Origin: Escherichia coli | GTDB taxonomy: Bacteria; Pseudomonadota; Gammaproteobacteria; Enterobacterales; Enterobacteriaceae | Assembly (NCBI RefSeq): GCF_024502345.1 | Contig: NZ_JALDNN010000001.1 | DNA length: 64,000 bases | Reading direction: 5' to 3' (one strand) | Shown: piece after piece, positions 24,773 through 37,548 of the stretch | Layout of the letters: each line of letters begins with the position of its first letter | Position numbering within the stretch: position 1 is the stretch's first letter | Made by a program: the position numbers and the translations under genes | The notes under the pieces: generated by a model | Databases searched by the model: none | Seen by the model: the letters and a program-made list of their open reading frames with translations, nothing else | What the model was told of the DNA's origin: nothing

Positions 24773-24865
24773 TAAAACAGTGAATGATAACCTCGTTGCT
24801 CTTAAGCTCTGGCACAGTTGTTGCTACCACTGAAGCGCCAGAAGATATCGATTGAGAGGATTTGA

Positions 24866-25720
24866 ATGACTGACAAAATGCAAAGTTTAGCTTTAGCCCC
24901 AGTTGGCAACCTGGATTCCTACATCCGGGCAGCTAACGCGTGGCCGATGTTGTCGGCTGACGAGGAGCGGGCGCTGGCTGAAAAGCTGCATTACCATGGC
25001 GATCTGGAAGCAGCTAAAACGCTGATCCTGTCTCACCTGCGGTTTGTTGTTCATATTGCTCGTAATTATGCGGGCTATGGCCTGCCACAGGCGGATTTGA
25101 TTCAGGAAGGTAACATCGGCCTGATGAAAGCAGTGCGCCGTTTCAACCCGGAAGTGGGTGTGCGCCTGGTCTCCTTCGCCGTTCACTGGATCAAAGCAGA
25201 GATCCACGAATACGTTCTGCGTAACTGGCGTATCGTCAAAGTTGCGACCACCAAAGCGCAGCGCAAACTGTTCTTCAACCTGCGTAAAACCAAGCAGCGT
25301 CTGGGCTGGTTTAACCAGGATGAAGTCGAAATGGTGGCCCGTGAACTGGGCGTAACCAGCAAAGACGTTCGTGAGATGGAATCACGTATGGCGGCACAGG
25401 ACATGACCTTTGACCTGTCTTCCGACGACGATTCCGACAGCCAGCCGATGGCACCGGTGCTCTATCTGCAGGATAAATCATCTAACTTTGCCGACGGCAT
25501 CGAAGATGATAACTGGGAAGAGCAGGCGGCAAACCGTCTGACCGACGCGATGCAAGGTCTGGACGAGCGTAGCCAGGACATCATCCGCGCGCGCTGGCTG
25601 GACGAAGACAACAAGTCCACGTTGCAGGAACTGGCTGACCGTTACGGCGTTTCCGCTGAGCGTGTGCGCCAGCTGGAAAAGAACGCGATGAAAAAATTGC
25701 GTGCTGCTATAGAAGCGTAA
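24866..25720 (+). CDS. rpoH: RNA polymerase heat-shock sigma factor sigma-32
   Basis: 284 aa; sigma-70 family regions 2 and 4; matches K-12 RpoH. Confidence 0.97.
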   Translation: MTDKMQSLALAPVGNLDSYIRAANAWPMLSADEERALAEKLHYHGDLEAAKTLILSHLRFVVHIARNYAGYGLPQADLIQEGNIGLMKAVRRFNPEVGVRLVSFAVHWIKAEIHEYVLRNWRIVKVATTKAQRKLFFNLRKTKQRLGWFNQDEVEMVARELGVTSKDVREMESRMAAQDMTFDLSSDDDSDSQPMAPVLYLQDKSSNFADGIEDDNWEEQAANRLTDAMQGLDERSQDIIRARWLDEDNKSTLQELADRYGVSAERVRQLEKNAMKKLRAAIEA

Positions 25721-25741
25721 TTTCCGCTATTAAGCAGAGAA

Positions 25742-25773
25742 CCCTGGATGCGAGTCCGGGGTTTTTGTTTTTT
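25742..25773 (+). terminator. Rho-independent terminator of rpoH
   Basis: CCCTGG-atgcgagt-CCGGGG stem-loop followed by TTTTTGTTTTTT. Confidence 0.75.
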
Positions 25774-25990
25774 GGGCCTCTGTAATAATCAATTTCCCCT
25801 CCGGCAAAACGCCAATCCCCACGCAGATTGTTAATAAACTGTCAAAATAGCTATTCCAATATCATAAAAATCGGGTATGTTTTAGCAGAGTATGCTGCTA
25901 AAGCACGGGTAGTCATGCATAAAACGAAATAAAGTGCTGAACAACAACATCACAACACACGTAATAACCAGAAGAATGGGGATTCTCAGG

Positions 25991-27094
25991 ATGAACATAA
26001 AGGGTAAAGCGTTACTGGCAGGATGTATCGCGCTGGCATTCAGCAATATGGCTCTGGCAGAAGATATTAAAGTCGCGGTCGTGGGCGCAATGTCCGGTCC
26101 GGTTGCGCAGTACGGTGACCAGGAGTTTACCGGCGCAGAGCAGGCGGTTGCGGATATCAACGCTAAAGGCGGCATTAAAGGCAACAAACTGCAAATAGTA
26201 AAATATGACGATGCCTGTGACCCGAAACAGGCGGTTGCGGTGGCGAACAAAGTCGTTAACGACGGCATTAAATATGTGATTGGTCACCTCTGTTCTTCAT
26301 CAACGCAGCCTGCGTCTGACATCTACGAAGACGAAGGCATTTTAATGATCACCCCAGCGGCAACCGCGCCGGAGCTGACCGCCCGTGGCTATCAGCTGAT
26401 CCTGCGCACCACCGGCCTGGACTCCGACCAGGGGCCGACGGCGGCGAAATATATTCTTGAGAAAGTGAAACCGCAGCGTATTGCTATCGTTCACGACAAA
26501 CAGCAATACGGCGAAGGTCTGGCGCGAGCGGTGCAGGACGGCCTGAAGAAAGGCAATGCTAACGTGGTGTTCTTTGATGGTATCACCGCCGGGGAAAAAG
26601 ATTTCTCAACGCTGGTGGCGCGTCTGAAAAAAGAGAATATCGACTTCGTTTACTACGGCGGTTATCACCCGGAAATGGGGCAAATCCTGCGTCAGGCACG
26701 CGCGGCAGGGTTGAAAACTCAGTTTATGGGGCCGGAAGGCGTGGCTAACGTCTCGCTGTCTAACATTGCGGGCGAATCAGCGGAAGGGCTGCTGGTGACC
26801 AAGCCGAAGAACTACGATCAGGTTCCGGCGAACAAACCCATTGTTGACGCCATCAAAGCGAAAAAACAGGATCCAAGTGGCGCGTTCGTCTGGACCACCT
26901 ACGCCGCGCTGCAATCTTTGCAGGCGGGCCTGAATCAGTCTGACGATCCGGCTGAGATCGCCAAATACCTGAAAGCGAACTCGGTTGATACCGTGATGGG
27001 TCCGCTGACGTGGGATGAGAAAGGTGATCTGAAAGGCTTTGAGTTCGGTGTGTTTGACTGGCACGCCAACGGCACGGCGACCGATGCGAAGTAA
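25991..27094 (+). CDS. livJ: Leu/Ile/Val-binding periplasmic protein LivJ
   Basis: Track ORF starts at 25934; ATG at 25991 ([12 protein letters not shown]...) gives 367 aa; signal peptide plus type-I PBP. Confidence 0.93.
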   Translation: MNIKGKALLAGCIALAFSNMALAEDIKVAVVGAMSGPVAQYGDQEFTGAEQAVADINAKGGIKGNKLQIVKYDDACDPKQAVAVANKVVNDGIKYVIGHLCSSSTQPASDIYEDEGILMITPAATAPELTARGYQLILRTTGLDSDQGPTAAKYILEKVKPQRIAIVHDKQQYGEGLARAVQDGLKKGNANVVFFDGITAGEKDFSTLVARLKKENIDFVYYGGYHPEMGQILRQARAAGLKTQFMGPEGVANVSLSNIAGESAEGLLVTKPKNYDQVPANKPIVDAIKAKKQDPSGAFVWTTYAALQSLQAGLNQSDDPAEIAKYLKANSVDTVMGPLTWDEKGDLKGFEFGVFDWHANGTATDAK

Positions 27095-27151
27095 TCATTA
27101 ATCGGCAACTTTGGGTTGCCGCCAAATTGCTAATATCGAGTACGTTGCTTC

Positions 27152-27254
<103 letters not shown>

Positions 27255-27292
27255 TTTCTCGTTGGTCATCACTTTTGAAATCAACTTGACGA

Positions 27293-27676
27293 TTAACGCT
27301 TCTCCCAGCCGCCCTGTTGCGCCGTAAACCCCAGCGCCTGCATAAACGCCGTCATCACACCGCGATCTTCCAAGCCTGCATCCGCCATCCACCAGCATGA
27401 AACGGCAGGATTGTTACGCAAAACCTCTTCCAGCAGATATTGCCCCACACCGCGACGGCGGGTGACTTCCCGCACGCGCAGGGAATCCAGTGCTCCCTCG
27501 GTGCCGCTTAAGGTTACCCGCACGGCCGCTAGCAGGCGCTCGTTAAAACGCGCGGCGTAGATGCGGTGGTTATCGTCAACCTGTAAAGAGGAAGGGGAAT
27601 ACTCCGGCCAGATCTTTTGCAGGTCAATCCGGTCCTGGTCGCTAAAGTTTTCTAATCGAATGATGGTCAGCTTCAT
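27293..27676 (-). CDS. panZ: PanD maturation factor PanZ (PanM)
   Basis: 127 aa GNAT-fold protein; matches K-12 PanZ/YhhK; between livJ and livK. Confidence 0.9.
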   Translation of the reverse strand: MKLTIIRLENFSDQDRIDLQKIWPEYSPSSLQVDDNHRIYAARFNERLLAAVRVTLSGTEGALDSLRVREVTRRRGVGQYLLEEVLRNNPAVSCWWMADAGLEDRGVMTAFMQALGFTAQQGGWEKR

Positions 27677-27865
27677 GGGTAACCCGTGTAAATCACAAAA
27701 GTGGAACCAGTGTAGCGAAATAATTTAATCGGAGGCTTTCTCTTTTTTATTTCTTTTGGCAGGTGATTAATTTTTTAACAGCAATAATTACAAAGTTAAA
27801 ACATTATAGAATGAAAAATACCCAGCATAATCCCCTGAATGATAGTGAATTATTCCGCCCTTTGT

Positions 27866-27898
27866 GCCGTTATTTTATGCTGACAACGGCGCTTTTTT
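27866..27898 (+). terminator. Attenuator-like hairpin with T-tract in the livK leader region
   Basis: GCCGTT-N13-AACGGC stem followed by GCTTTTTTCT, inside the AT-rich divergent panZ/livK regulatory region. Confidence 0.35.
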
Positions 27899-28099
27899 CT
27901 GTTTATCTATCAATAAATTCAGAATATTATCTGTTCTTAATCGACTGAAAAATAGGGATTTTAATCGCTATTATCACAAAATACTGCGCTAAACCCTTAA
28001 TCAGACAGGCAAAAACAGTGCAGTATAAAAAAAGAACAGTCTGATTTGTTAACACATAAAAACAAAGCAACACAACATCACGAATGGGGATTTTTGACT

Positions 28100-29209
28100 A
28101 TGAAACGGAATGCGAAAACTATCATCGCAGGGATGATTGCACTGGCAATTTCACACACCGCTTTAGCCGACGATATTAAAGTCGCCGTTGTCGGCGCGAT
28201 GTCCGGCCCGATTGCCCAGTGGGGCGATATGGAATTTAACGGCGCGCGTCAGGCGATTAAAGACATTAATGCCAAAGGGGGAATTAAGGGCGACAAGCTG
28301 GTGGGCGTGGAATATGACGACGCCTGCGACCCGAAACAAGCCGTTGCGGTCGCCAACAAAATCGTTAACGACGGCATTAAATACGTTATTGGTCATCTGT
28401 GTTCTTCTTCTACCCAGCCTGCGTCAGATATCTATGAAGATGAAGGTATTCTGATGATCTCGCCGGGAGCGACCAACCCGGAGCTGACCCAACGCGGTTA
28501 TCAACATATCATGCGTACTGCCGGGCTGGACTCTTCCCAGGGGCCAACGGCGGCAAAATACATTCTTGAGACGGTGAAGCCCCAGCGCATCGCCATCATT
28601 CACGACAAACAACAGTATGGCGAAGGGCTGGCACGTTCGGTGCAGGACGGGCTGAAAGCGGCTAACGCCAACGTCGTCTTCTTCGACGGCATTACCGCTG
28701 GCGAGAAAGATTTCTCCGCGCTGATCGCCCGCCTGAAAAAAGAAAACATCGACTTCGTTTACTACGGCGGTTACTACCCGGAAATGGGGCAGATGCTGCG
28801 CCAGGCCCGTTCCGTTGGCCTGAAAACCCAGTTTATGGGGCCGGAAGGTGTGGGTAATGCGTCGTTGTCGAATATTGCTGGCGATGCTGCCGAAGGCATG
28901 TTGGTCACCATGCCAAAACGCTATGACCAGGATCCGGCAAACCAGGGCATCGTTGATGCGCTGAAAGCAGACAAGAAAGATCCATCCGGGCCTTATGTCT
29001 GGATCACCTACGCGGCGGTGCAATCTCTGGCAACTGCCCTTGAGCGTACCGGCAGCGATGAGCCGCTGGCGCTGGTGAAAGATTTAAAAGCAAACGGTGC
29101 AAACACCGTGATTGGGCCGCTGAACTGGGATGAAAAAGGCGATCTTAAGGGATTTGATTTTGGTGTCTTCCAGTGGCACGCCGACGGTTCATCCACGGCA
29201 GCCAAGTGA
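28100..29209 (+). CDS. livK: Leucine-specific binding protein LivK
   Basis: Track ORF starts at 28046; ATG at 28100 ([11 protein letters not shown]...) gives 369 aa; paralog of livJ. Confidence 0.93.
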   Translation: MKRNAKTIIAGMIALAISHTALADDIKVAVVGAMSGPIAQWGDMEFNGARQAIKDINAKGGIKGDKLVGVEYDDACDPKQAVAVANKIVNDGIKYVIGHLCSSSTQPASDIYEDEGILMISPGATNPELTQRGYQHIMRTAGLDSSQGPTAAKYILETVKPQRIAIIHDKQQYGEGLARSVQDGLKAANANVVFFDGITAGEKDFSALIARLKKENIDFVYYGGYYPEMGQMLRQARSVGLKTQFMGPEGVGNASLSNIAGDAAEGMLVTMPKRYDQDPANQGIVDALKADKKDPSGPYVWITYAAVQSLATALERTGSDEPLALVKDLKANGANTVIGPLNWDEKGDLKGFDFGVFQWHADGSSTAAK

Positions 29210-29256
29210 AAATCCCACCGCCCGTGAAATGCGGGCGGGTTTAGAAAGGTTACCTT

Positions 29257-30183
29257 ATGTCTGAGCAGTTTTTATATTTCTTGCAGCAGATGTTTAACGG
29301 CGTCACGCTGGGCAGTACCTACGCGCTGATAGCCATCGGCTACACCATGGTTTACGGCATTATCGGCATGATCAACTTCGCCCACGGCGAGGTTTATATG
29401 ATTGGCAGCTACGTCTCCTTTATGATCATCGCCGCACTGATGATGATGGGCATTGATACCGGCTGGCTGCTGGTGGCGGCGGGATTCGTCGGCGCAATCG
29501 TCATTGCCAGCGCCTACGGCTGGAGTATCGAACGGGTGGCTTACCGCCCGGTGCGTAACTCTAAGCGCCTGATTGCGCTCATCTCGGCAATCGGTATGTC
29601 CATCTTCCTGCAAAACTACGTCAGCCTGACCGAAGGTTCGCGCGACGTGGCGCTGCCGAGCCTGTTTAACGGTCAGTGGGTGGTGGGCCATAGCGAAAAC
29701 TTCTCTGCCTCTATTACCACCATGCAGGCGGTGATCTGGATTGTCACCTTCCTCGCCATGCTGGCGCTGACGATTTTCATTCGCTATTCCCGTATGGGGC
29801 GCGCGTGTCGTGCCTGCGCGGAAGATCTGAAAATGGCGAGCCTGCTTGGCATTAACACCGACCGGGTGATTGCGCTGACCTTTGTGATTGGCGCGGCGAT
29901 GGCGGCGGTGGCAGGTGTGCTGCTCGGTCAGTTCTACGGCGTAATTAACCCCTACATCGGCTTTATGGCCGGGATGAAAGCCTTTACCGCTGCGGTGCTC
30001 GGTGGGATTGGCAGCATTCCGGGAGCGATGATTGGCGGGCTGATTCTGGGGATTGCGGAGGCGCTCTCTTCTGCCTATCTGAGTACGGAATATAAAGATG
30101 TGGTCTCATTCGCCCTGCTGATTCTGGTGCTGCTGGTGATGCCGACCGGTATTCTGGGTCGCCCGGAGGTAGAGAAAGTATGA
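29257..30183 (+). CDS. livH: Branched-chain amino acid ABC permease LivH
   Basis: 308 aa hydrophobic permease; operon position. Confidence 0.94.
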   Translation: MSEQFLYFLQQMFNGVTLGSTYALIAIGYTMVYGIIGMINFAHGEVYMIGSYVSFMIIAALMMMGIDTGWLLVAAGFVGAIVIASAYGWSIERVAYRPVRNSKRLIALISAIGMSIFLQNYVSLTEGSRDVALPSLFNGQWVVGHSENFSASITTMQAVIWIVTFLAMLALTIFIRYSRMGRACRACAEDLKMASLLGINTDRVIALTFVIGAAMAAVAGVLLGQFYGVINPYIGFMAGMKAFTAAVLGGIGSIPGAMIGGLILGIAEALSSAYLSTEYKDVVSFALLILVLLVMPTGILGRPEVEKV

Positions 30184-31457
30184 AACCGATGCATATTGCA
30201 ATGGCGCTGCTCTCTGCCGCGATGTTTTTTGTCCTGGCGGGCGTCTTTATGGGCGTGCAACTGGAGCTGGATGGCACCAAACTGGTGGTCGATAGCGCTT
30301 CAGATGTCCGTTGGGAATGGGTGTTTATCGGCACGGCGGTGGTCTTTTTCTTCCAGATTTTGCGACCTGCTTTCCAGAAAGGGTTGAAAAGCGTTTCCGG
30401 GCCGAAGTTTATTCTGCCCGCGATTGATGGCTCCACGGTGAAGCAGAAACTGTTCCTCGTGGCGCTGTTGGTGCTTGCGGTGGCGTGGCCGTTTATGGTT
30501 TCACGCGGGACGGTGGATATCGCCACCCTGACCATGATCTACATTATCCTTGGTCTCGGGCTGAACGTGGTGGTAGGGCTTTCCGGCCTGCTGGTGCTGG
30601 GGTACGGCGGTTTTTACGCCATCGGCGCTTACACTTTTGCGCTGCTCAATCACTATTACGGCTTGGGCTTCTGGACCTGTCTGCCGATTGCCGGGTTAAT
30701 GGCAGCGGCGGCGGGCTTCCTGCTCGGCTTCCCGGTGCTGCGTTTGCGTGGTGATTATCTGGCGATCGTTACCCTCGGCTTCGGCGAAATTGTGCGCATA
30801 TTGCTGCTTAATAACACCGAAATTACCGGCGGCCCGAACGGTATCAGTCAGATCCCGAAACCGACTTTCTTCGGCATGGAGTTCAGCCGTACCGCCCGTG
30901 AAGGCGGTTGGGACACGTTCAGTAATTTCTTTGGACTGAAATACGATCCCTCCGATCGTGTCATCTTCCTCTACCTGGTGGCGTTGCTGCTGGTGGTATT
31001 AAGCCTGTTTGTTATTAACCGCCTGCTGCGGATGCCGCTGGGGCGTGCGTGGGAAGCATTGCGTGAAGATGAAATTGCCTGCCGTTCGCTGGGCTTAAGC
31101 CCGCGTCGTATCAAGCTGACTGCCTTTACCATCAGCGCCGCGTTTGCCGGTTTTGCCGGAACGCTGTTTGCTGCGCGCCAGGGCTTTGTCAGCCCGGAAT
31201 CCTTCACCTTTGCCGAATCGGCGTTTGTGCTGGCGATAGTGGTGCTCGGCGGTATGGGCTCGCAATTTGCGGTGATTCTGGCGGCAATTCTGTTGGTGGT
31301 GTCGCGCGAATTAATGCGTGATTTCAACGAATACAGCATGTTAATGCTCGGTGGTTTAATGGTGCTGATGATGATCTGGCGTCCGCAGGGCTTGCTGCCC
31401 ATGACGCGCCCGCAACTGAAGCTGAAAAACGGCGCAGCGAAAGGAGAGCAGGCATGA
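30180..31457 (+). CDS. livM: Branched-chain amino acid ABC permease LivM
   Basis: 425 aa hydrophobic permease; 4-bp overlap with livH. Confidence 0.94.
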   Translation: MKPMHIAMALLSAAMFFVLAGVFMGVQLELDGTKLVVDSASDVRWEWVFIGTAVVFFFQILRPAFQKGLKSVSGPKFILPAIDGSTVKQKLFLVALLVLAVAWPFMVSRGTVDIATLTMIYIILGLGLNVVVGLSGLLVLGYGGFYAIGAYTFALLNHYYGLGFWTCLPIAGLMAAAAGFLLGFPVLRLRGDYLAIVTLGFGEIVRILLLNNTEITGGPNGISQIPKPTFFGMEFSRTAREGGWDTFSNFFGLKYDPSDRVIFLYLVALLLVVLSLFVINRLLRMPLGRAWEALREDEIACRSLGLSPRRIKLTAFTISAAFAGFAGTLFAARQGFVSPESFTFAESAFVLAIVVLGGMGSQFAVILAAILLVVSRELMRDFNEYSMLMLGGLMVLMMIWRPQGLLPMTRPQLKLKNGAAKGEQA

Positions 31458-32221
31458 GTCAGCCATTATTATCTGTTAACGGCCTGATGATGCGCTTCGG
31501 TGGCCTGCTGGCGGTGAACAACGTCAATCTTGAACTGTACCCGCAGGAAATCGTCTCGTTAATCGGTCCTAACGGTGCCGGAAAAACCACGGTCTTTAAC
31601 TGCCTGACCGGATTCTACAAACCCACCGGAGGCACCATTTTACTGCGCGATCAGCATCTGGAAGGTTTGCCGGGGCAGCAAATTGCCCGCATGGGCGTGG
31701 TGCGCACCTTCCAGCATGTGCGTCTGTTCCGTGAAATGACGGTGATTGAAAACCTGCTGGTGGCGCAGCATCAGCAACTGAAAACCGGGCTGTTCTCTGG
31801 CCTGTTGAAAACGCCATCCTTCCGTCGCGCCCAGAGTGAAGCGCTCGACCGCGCCGCCACCTGGCTTGAGCGTATTGGTTTGCTGGAACACGCCAACCGT
31901 CAGGCGAGTAACCTGGCCTATGGTGACCAACGCCGTCTTGAGATCGCCCGCTGCATGGTGACGCAGCCGGAGATTTTAATGCTCGACGAACCTGCGGCAG
32001 GTCTTAATCCGAAAGAGACGAAAGAGCTGGATGAGCTGATTGCCGAACTGCGTAACCATCACAACACCACTATCTTATTGATTGAACACGATATGAAGCT
32101 GGTGATGGGGATTTCAGACAGAATTTACGTGGTCAATCAGGGTATGCCGCTGGCAAACGGTACGCCGGAGCAAATTCGTAATAATCCGGACGTGATCCGT
32201 GCCTATTTAGGTGAGGCATAA
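31454..32221 (+). CDS. livG: Branched-chain amino acid ABC ATPase LivG
   Basis: 255 aa; Walker [10 protein letters not shown]. Confidence 0.94.
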   Translation: MSQPLLSVNGLMMRFGGLLAVNNVNLELYPQEIVSLIGPNGAGKTTVFNCLTGFYKPTGGTILLRDQHLEGLPGQQIARMGVVRTFQHVRLFREMTVIENLLVAQHQQLKTGLFSGLLKTPSFRRAQSEALDRAATWLERIGLLEHANRQASNLAYGDQRRLEIARCMVTQPEILMLDEPAAGLNPKETKELDELIAELRNHHNTTILLIEHDMKLVMGISDRIYVVNQGMPLANGTPEQIRNNPDVIRAYLGEA

Positions 32222-32222
32222 G

Positions 32223-32936
32223 ATGGAAAAAGTCATGTTGTCCTTTGACAAAGTCAGCGCCCACTACGGCAAAATCCAGGCGCTGCATGAGGTGAGCCTG
32301 CATATCAATCAGGGCGAGATTGTCACGCTGATTGGCGCGAACGGGGCGGGGAAAACCACCTTGCTCGGCACGTTATGCGGCGATCCGCGCGCCACCAGCG
32401 GGCGAATTGTGTTTGATGATAAAGACATTACCGACTGGCAGACGGCGAAAATCATGCGCGAAGCGGTAGCGATTGTCCCGGAAGGGCGTCGCGTCTTCTC
32501 GCGGATGACGGTGGAAGAGAACCTGGCGATGGGCGGCTTTTTTGCCGAACGTGACCAGTTTCAGGAGCGCATAAAGTGGGTGTATGAGCTGTTTCCACGT
32601 CTTCATGAGCGTCGTGTTCAGCGGGCGGGCACCATGTCCGGCGGTGAGCAACAAATGCTGGCGATTGGTCGCGCGCTGATGAGCAACCCGCGTTTGCTGC
32701 TACTTGATGAGCCATCGCTCGGTCTTGCGCCGATTATCATCCAGCAAATTTTCGACACCATCGAGCAGCTGCGCGAGCAGGGGATGACTATCTTCCTCGT
32801 CGAGCAGAACGCCAACCAGGCGCTAAAGCTGGCGGATCGCGGCTACGTGCTGGAAAACGGCCATGTGGTGCTCTCCGATACCGGCGACGCGCTGCTGGCG
32901 AACGAAGCAGTGAGAAGTGCGTATTTAGGCGGGTAA
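32223..32936 (+). CDS. livF: Branched-chain amino acid ABC ATPase LivF
   Basis: Track ORF starts at 32211 (GTG); ATG at 32223 (MEKVMLSF...) gives 237 aa; Walker A GANGAGKTT. Confidence 0.92.
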   Translation: MEKVMLSFDKVSAHYGKIQALHEVSLHINQGEIVTLIGANGAGKTTLLGTLCGDPRATSGRIVFDDKDITDWQTAKIMREAVAIVPEGRRVFSRMTVEENLAMGGFFAERDQFQERIKWVYELFPRLHERRVQRAGTMSGGEQQMLAIGRALMSNPRLLLLDEPSLGLAPIIIQQIFDTIEQLREQGMTIFLVEQNANQALKLADRGYVLENGHVVLSDTGDALLANEAVRSAYLGG

Positions 32937-32997
32937 TAACACGTTGATTGATAAGGAGTCAAAAGACTCCTTTGAGACAGGTGACAAATGTAAAATT

Positions 32998-33096
32998 GCC
33001 TGATGCGCTGCGCTTATCAGGCCTACTGGGTGAGTTGCAATATATTGAATTTGCACGATCTTGTAGGCCGGATAAGGCGTTTACGCCGCATCTGGC
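32998..33096. repeat. REP/BIME element downstream of livF
   Basis: GCCTGATGCGCTGCGCTTATCAGGCCTAC and inverted GTAGGCCGGATAAGGCGTTTACGCCGCATC. Confidence 0.8.
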
Positions 33097-33196
33097 ATGA
33101 AACGATGAGTAATCTGTAGAGTTTGATTCAGACCTTCTATTTTTCCGCTTATCCGTGCCCCATCTCCCATTTTCCCTCACCCACGCCGTCACCGCC

Positions 33197-33214
33197 TTGT
33201 CATCTTTCTGACAC
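33197..33214 (+). promoter_or_regulatory. Putative Pho box in the ugpB promoter region
   Basis: TTGTCAT-cttt-CTGACAC resembles the PhoB direct-repeat consensus CTGTCAT-N4-CTGTCAT; a second similar element lies at about 33252-33277. Confidence 0.45.
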
Positions 33215-33332
33215 CTTACTATCTTACAAATGTAACAAAAAAGTTATTTTTCTGTAATTCGAGCATGTCATGTTACCCCGCGAGCATAAAACGCGTGAAT
33301 TCGCGCATTCGGTACAACAAGAGAGATAAACG

Positions 33333-34649
33333 ATGAAACCGTTACATTATACAGCTTCAGCACTGGCGCTCGGACTGGCGTTAATGGGGAATGCACAGGC
33401 AGTGACGACCATTCCGTTCTGGCATTCTATGGAAGGGGAACTGGGTAAAGAGGTGGATTCTCTGGCCCAACGTTTTAACGCCGAAAATCCGGATTACAAA
33501 ATTGTACCGACCTATAAAGGCAACTACGAACAGAATTTAAGCGCGGGGATTGCCGCATTTCGTACCGGCAACGCTCCGGCTATTTTGCAGGTTTATGAAG
33601 TTGGCACCGCCACCATGATGGCATCGAAAGCCATTAAACCGGTATATGACGTGTTTAAAGAGGCGGGGATTCAATTCGATGAGTCGCAGTTTGTGCCGAC
33701 GGTTTCCGGTTACTACTCCGACAGCAAAACGGGCCACTTACTCTCCCAGCCATTCAACAGCTCGACCCCCGTTCTCTATTACAACAAAGACGCCTTCAAG
33801 AAAGCAGGATTAGACCCGGAACAACCGCCGAAAACCTGGCAGGATCTGGCGGACTATGCCGCGAAACTGAAAGCCTCCGGTATGAAGTGCGGCTACGCCA
33901 GCGGCTGGCAGGGCTGGATCCAACTGGAAAACTTTAGCGCCTGGAACGGTCTGCCGTTTGCCAGCAAAAACAACGGCTTTGACGGCACGGACGCGGTGCT
34001 GGAGTTCAACAAGCCGGAGCAGGTGAAACACATCGCCATGCTCGAGGAGATGAACAAGAAGGGCGACTTCAGCTACGTCGGTCGTAAGGATGAATCCACC
34101 GAGAAGTTCTATAACGGTGATTGCGCGATGACCACCGCCTCTTCCGGTTCTCTTGCCAACATTCGCGAGTACGCCAAATTTAACTACGGCGTAGGCATGA
34201 TGCCTTACGACGCCGATGCGAAAGATGCGCCACAAAACGCTATTATCGGCGGAGCCAGCCTGTGGGTGATGCAGGGTAAAGATAAAGAAACGTATACCGG
34301 TGTGGCGAAGTTCCTCGATTTCCTCGCGAAGCCAGAAAACGCTGCCGAGTGGCATCAGAAAACCGGTTATCTGCCAATCACCAAAGCAGCGTATGACCTG
34401 ACCCGTGAGCAGGGCTTTTATGAGAAAAACCCAGGGGCGGATACCGCGACGCGTCAGATGCTGAATAAGCCGCCGTTGCCGTTCACCAAAGGGCTGCGTC
34501 TGGGCAACATGCCGCAGATCCGCGTGATTGTGGATGAAGAGCTGGAGAGCGTGTGGACCGGTAAGAAGACACCACAGCAGGCACTGGATACCGCCGTTGA
34601 GCGTGGAAATCAGTTGCTGCGCCGCTTTGAGAAATCGACGAAGTCTTAA
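33333..34649 (+). CDS. ugpB: sn-Glycerol-3-phosphate-binding periplasmic protein UgpB
   Basis: 438 aa; signal peptide; matches K-12 UgpB. Confidence 0.95.
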   Translation: MKPLHYTASALALGLALMGNAQAVTTIPFWHSMEGELGKEVDSLAQRFNAENPDYKIVPTYKGNYEQNLSAGIAAFRTGNAPAILQVYEVGTATMMASKAIKPVYDVFKEAGIQFDESQFVPTVSGYYSDSKTGHLLSQPFNSSTPVLYYNKDAFKKAGLDPEQPPKTWQDLADYAAKLKASGMKCGYASGWQGWIQLENFSAWNGLPFASKNNGFDGTDAVLEFNKPEQVKHIAMLEEMNKKGDFSYVGRKDESTEKFYNGDCAMTTASSGSLANIREYAKFNYGVGMMPYDADAKDAPQNAIIGGASLWVMQGKDKETYTGVAKFLDFLAKPENAAEWHQKTGYLPITKAAYDLTREQGFYEKNPGADTATRQMLNKPPLPFTKGLRLGNMPQIRVIVDEELESVWTGKKTPQQALDTAVERGNQLLRRFEKSTKS

Positions 34650-34657
34650 TCAGTGTA

Positions 34658-34726
34658 ATGTCGGATGCGTTTCGCTTATCTGACCTGGCATCGCGTGTAG
34701 GCCGGATAAGCGAAGCGCATCCGGCA
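34658..34726. repeat. REP element(s) between ugpB and ugpA
   Basis: GTGTAGGCCGGATAAGCGAAGCGCATCCGGCA preceded by a partial inverted REP-like copy. Confidence 0.7.
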
Positions 34727-34746
34727 CAGTTCAGGAATTAACCGTA

Positions 34747-35634
34747 ATGTCATCATCCCGTCCGGTGTTCCGCTCGCGCTGGCTGCCTTATCTGCTGGTC
34801 GCGCCGCAGCTCATCATCACCGTTATCTTTTTTATCTGGCCTGCGGGCGAAGCGTTGTGGTACTCGCTACAAAGCGTCGATCCGTTTGGTTTCTCCAGCC
34901 AGTTTGTCGGCCTGGATAACTTCGTCACGCTGTTCCATGACAGCTACTATCTCGACTCCTTCTGGACGACGATAAAATTCAGCACCTTTGTCACCGTCAG
35001 CGGTTTGCTGGTATCGCTGTTCTTTGCGGCGCTGGTGGAGTACATCGTGCGCGGCAGCCGTTTCTATCAAACCTTAATGTTGCTGCCTTACGCCGTGGCT
35101 CCCGCCGTTGCCGCCGTATTGTGGATCTTCCTGTTTAACCCCGGTCGCGGGCTGATCACCCATTTTCTCGCGGAGTTCGGCTACGACTGGAACCACGCGC
35201 AAAACAGCGGTCAGGCAATGTTTCTGGTGGTGTTTGCCTCAGTATGGAAGCAAATCAGCTACAACTTCCTGTTCTTCTATGCCGCGCTGCAATCCATTCC
35301 CCGTTCGTTGATCGAAGCCGCAGCCATCGACGGTGCAGGGCCGATTCGCCGCTTCTTTAAGATTGCGCTGCCGCTTATCGCCCCGGTGAGTTTCTTCCTG
35401 CTGGTAGTGAACCTGGTGTATGCCTTCTTCGACACCTTCCCGGTGATCGACGCCGCCACGTCCGGCGGGCCGGTTCAGGCCACCACGACGCTGATTTATA
35501 AGATCTACCGCGAAGGTTTTACCGGACTGGATCTGGCTTCGTCTGCCGCACAGTCGGTGGTGTTGATGTTCCTCGTCATCGTGCTGACGGTGGTGCAATT
35601 CCGCTATGTAGAAAGCAAGGTACGTTACCAATGA
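34747..35634 (+). CDS. ugpA: sn-Glycerol-3-phosphate ABC permease UgpA
   Basis: 295 aa permease. Confidence 0.94.
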
Positions 35635-36476
35635 TTGAGAACCGTCCGTGGCTGACGATATTCAGCCATACCATGCTGATCCTCGGGATCGCGGTGATCC
35701 TCTTCCCGCTGTACGTGGCGTTTGTCGCGGCGACGCTGGATAAACAAGCCGTCTACGCCGCGCCGATGACGCTAATCCCCGGCACGCATCTGCTGGAAAA
35801 CATCCACAACATCTGGGTAAACGGGGTAGGCACAAATAGTGCGCCGTTCTGGCGGATGTTGCTTAACAGCTTCGTGATGGCGTTCAGCATTACGCTCGGC
35901 AAAATTACCGTCTCGATGCTCTCGGCATTCGCCATTGTCTGGTTTCGTTTTCCGCTGCGTAACCTCTTTTTCTGGATGATTTTTATCACCCTGATGTTGC
36001 CGGTTGAAGTACGTATCTTCCCGACGGTGGAAGTCATCGCCAACCTGAAGATGCTCGACAGCTACGCAGGTTTAACGCTGCCGCTGATGGCCTCGGCGAC
36101 CGCGACGTTTCTTTTCCGCCAGTTCTTTATGACCCTACCGGATGAACTGGTGGAAGCCGCGCGGATCGACGGCGCGTCGCCAATGCGCTTCTTTTGCGAC
36201 ATCGTTTTTCCGTTGTCCAAAACTAATCTGGCGGCGCTGTTTGTGATCACCTTTATTTACGGCTGGAACCAGTATTTGTGGCCGTTGTTGATTATTACCG
36301 ACGTGGATCTCGGCACCACCGTGGCAGGGATCAAAGGGATGATCGCCACTGGCGAAGGCACCACGGAATGGAACTCAGTGATGGCGGCGATGTTGTTAAC
36401 CCTGATCCCACCAGTAGTGATTGTTTTAGTGATGCAGCGTGCCTTCGTGCGCGGCCTGGTCGATAGTGAGAAATAA
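35631..36476 (+). CDS. ugpE: sn-Glycerol-3-phosphate ABC permease UgpE
   Basis: 281 aa permease; 4-bp overlap with ugpA. Confidence 0.94.
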
Positions 36477-36477
36477 G

Positions 36478-37548
36478 ATGGCAGGACTGAAATTACAGGC
36501 AGTAACCAAAAGCTGGGATGGCAAAACCCAGGTGATTAAACCGCTGACCCTTGATGTGGCGGATGGCGAATTTATCGTGATGGTCGGGCCGTCAGGCTGC
36601 GGGAAATCGACGCTGCTGCGCATGGTTGCCGGGCTGGAGCGGGTGACGGAAGGCGATATCTGGATCAACGACCAGCGGGTGACCGAAATGGAGCCGAAAG
36701 ATCGCGGGATTGCGATGGTGTTCCAGAACTACGCGCTTTATCCGCATATGAGTGTTGAAGAAAACATGGCGTGGGGGCTGAAAATTCGCGGCATGGGCAA
36801 GCAGCAAATTGCCGAGCGCGTTAAAGAAGCAGCGCGCATTCTGGAACTGGACGGTCTGCTTAAGCGCCGCCCGCGCGAGCTTTCCGGCGGTCAGCGTCAG
36901 CGTGTGGCGATGGGTCGCGCGATTGTGCGCGATCCGGCGGTGTTCCTGTTTGATGAGCCGCTCTCTAACCTCGATGCCAAGCTGCGCGTGCAGATGCGCC
37001 TTGAGCTGCAACAGCTGCACCGTCGCCTGAAAACGACTTCACTCTACGTTACTCACGATCAGGTTGAAGCGATGACGCTCGCCCAGCGAGTAATGGTGAT
37101 GAACGGCGGCGTTGCCGAACAGATTGGCACACCAGTTGAAGTCTACGAAAAGCCCGCCAGCCTGTTTGTAGCGAGTTTTATCGGCAGTCCGGCGATGAAC
37201 CTGCTGACAGGCCGCGTGAATAACGAAGGCACGCATTTCGAACTGGACGGCGGTATTGAGCTGCCGCTAAACGGTGGCTACCGTCAGTATGCCGGGCGTA
37301 AAATGACTCTCGGCATTCGCCCGGAACATATTGCGCTAAGCTCGCAGGCAGAAGGCGGCGTACCGCTGGTGATGGACACGCTGGAGATCCTCGGCGCAGA
37401 TAACCTGGCGCACGGACGCTGGGGCGAGCAGAAGCTGGTGGTGCGACTGGCGCATCAGGAGCGCCCGACGGCAGGCAGCACGCTGTGGCTGCATCTGGCG
37501 GAAAATCAGCTGCATCTTTTTGATGGTGAAACAGGACAACGAGTATGA
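36478..37548 (+). CDS. ugpC: sn-Glycerol-3-phosphate ABC ATPase UgpC
   Basis: Track ORF starts at 36439; ATG at 36478 ([11 protein letters not shown]...) gives 356 aa; Walker [10 protein letters not shown]. Confidence 0.93.
   Translation: MAGLKLQAVTKSWDGKTQVIKPLTLDVADGEFIVMVGPSGCGKSTLLRMVAGLERVTEGDIWINDQRVTEMEPKDRGIAMVFQNYALYPHMSVEENMAWGLKIRGMGKQQIAERVKEAARILELDGLLKRRPRELSGGQRQRVAMGRAIVRDPAVFLFDEPLSNLDAKLRVQMRLELQQLHRRLKTTSLYVTHDQVEAMTLAQRVMVMNGGVAEQIGTPVEVYEKPASLFVASFIGSPAMNLLTGRVNNEGTHFELDGGIELPLNGGYRQYAGRKMTLGIRPEHIALSSQAEGGVPLVMDTLEILGADNLAHGRWGEQKLVVRLAHQERPTAGSTLWLHLAENQLHLFDGETGQRV

Noticed and set aside
27763-27948. 61-aa ORF in the AT-rich panZ/livK intergenic region
   Set aside because: Low-complexity translation in a promoter region; no ribosome-binding site; better explained as regulatory DNA.
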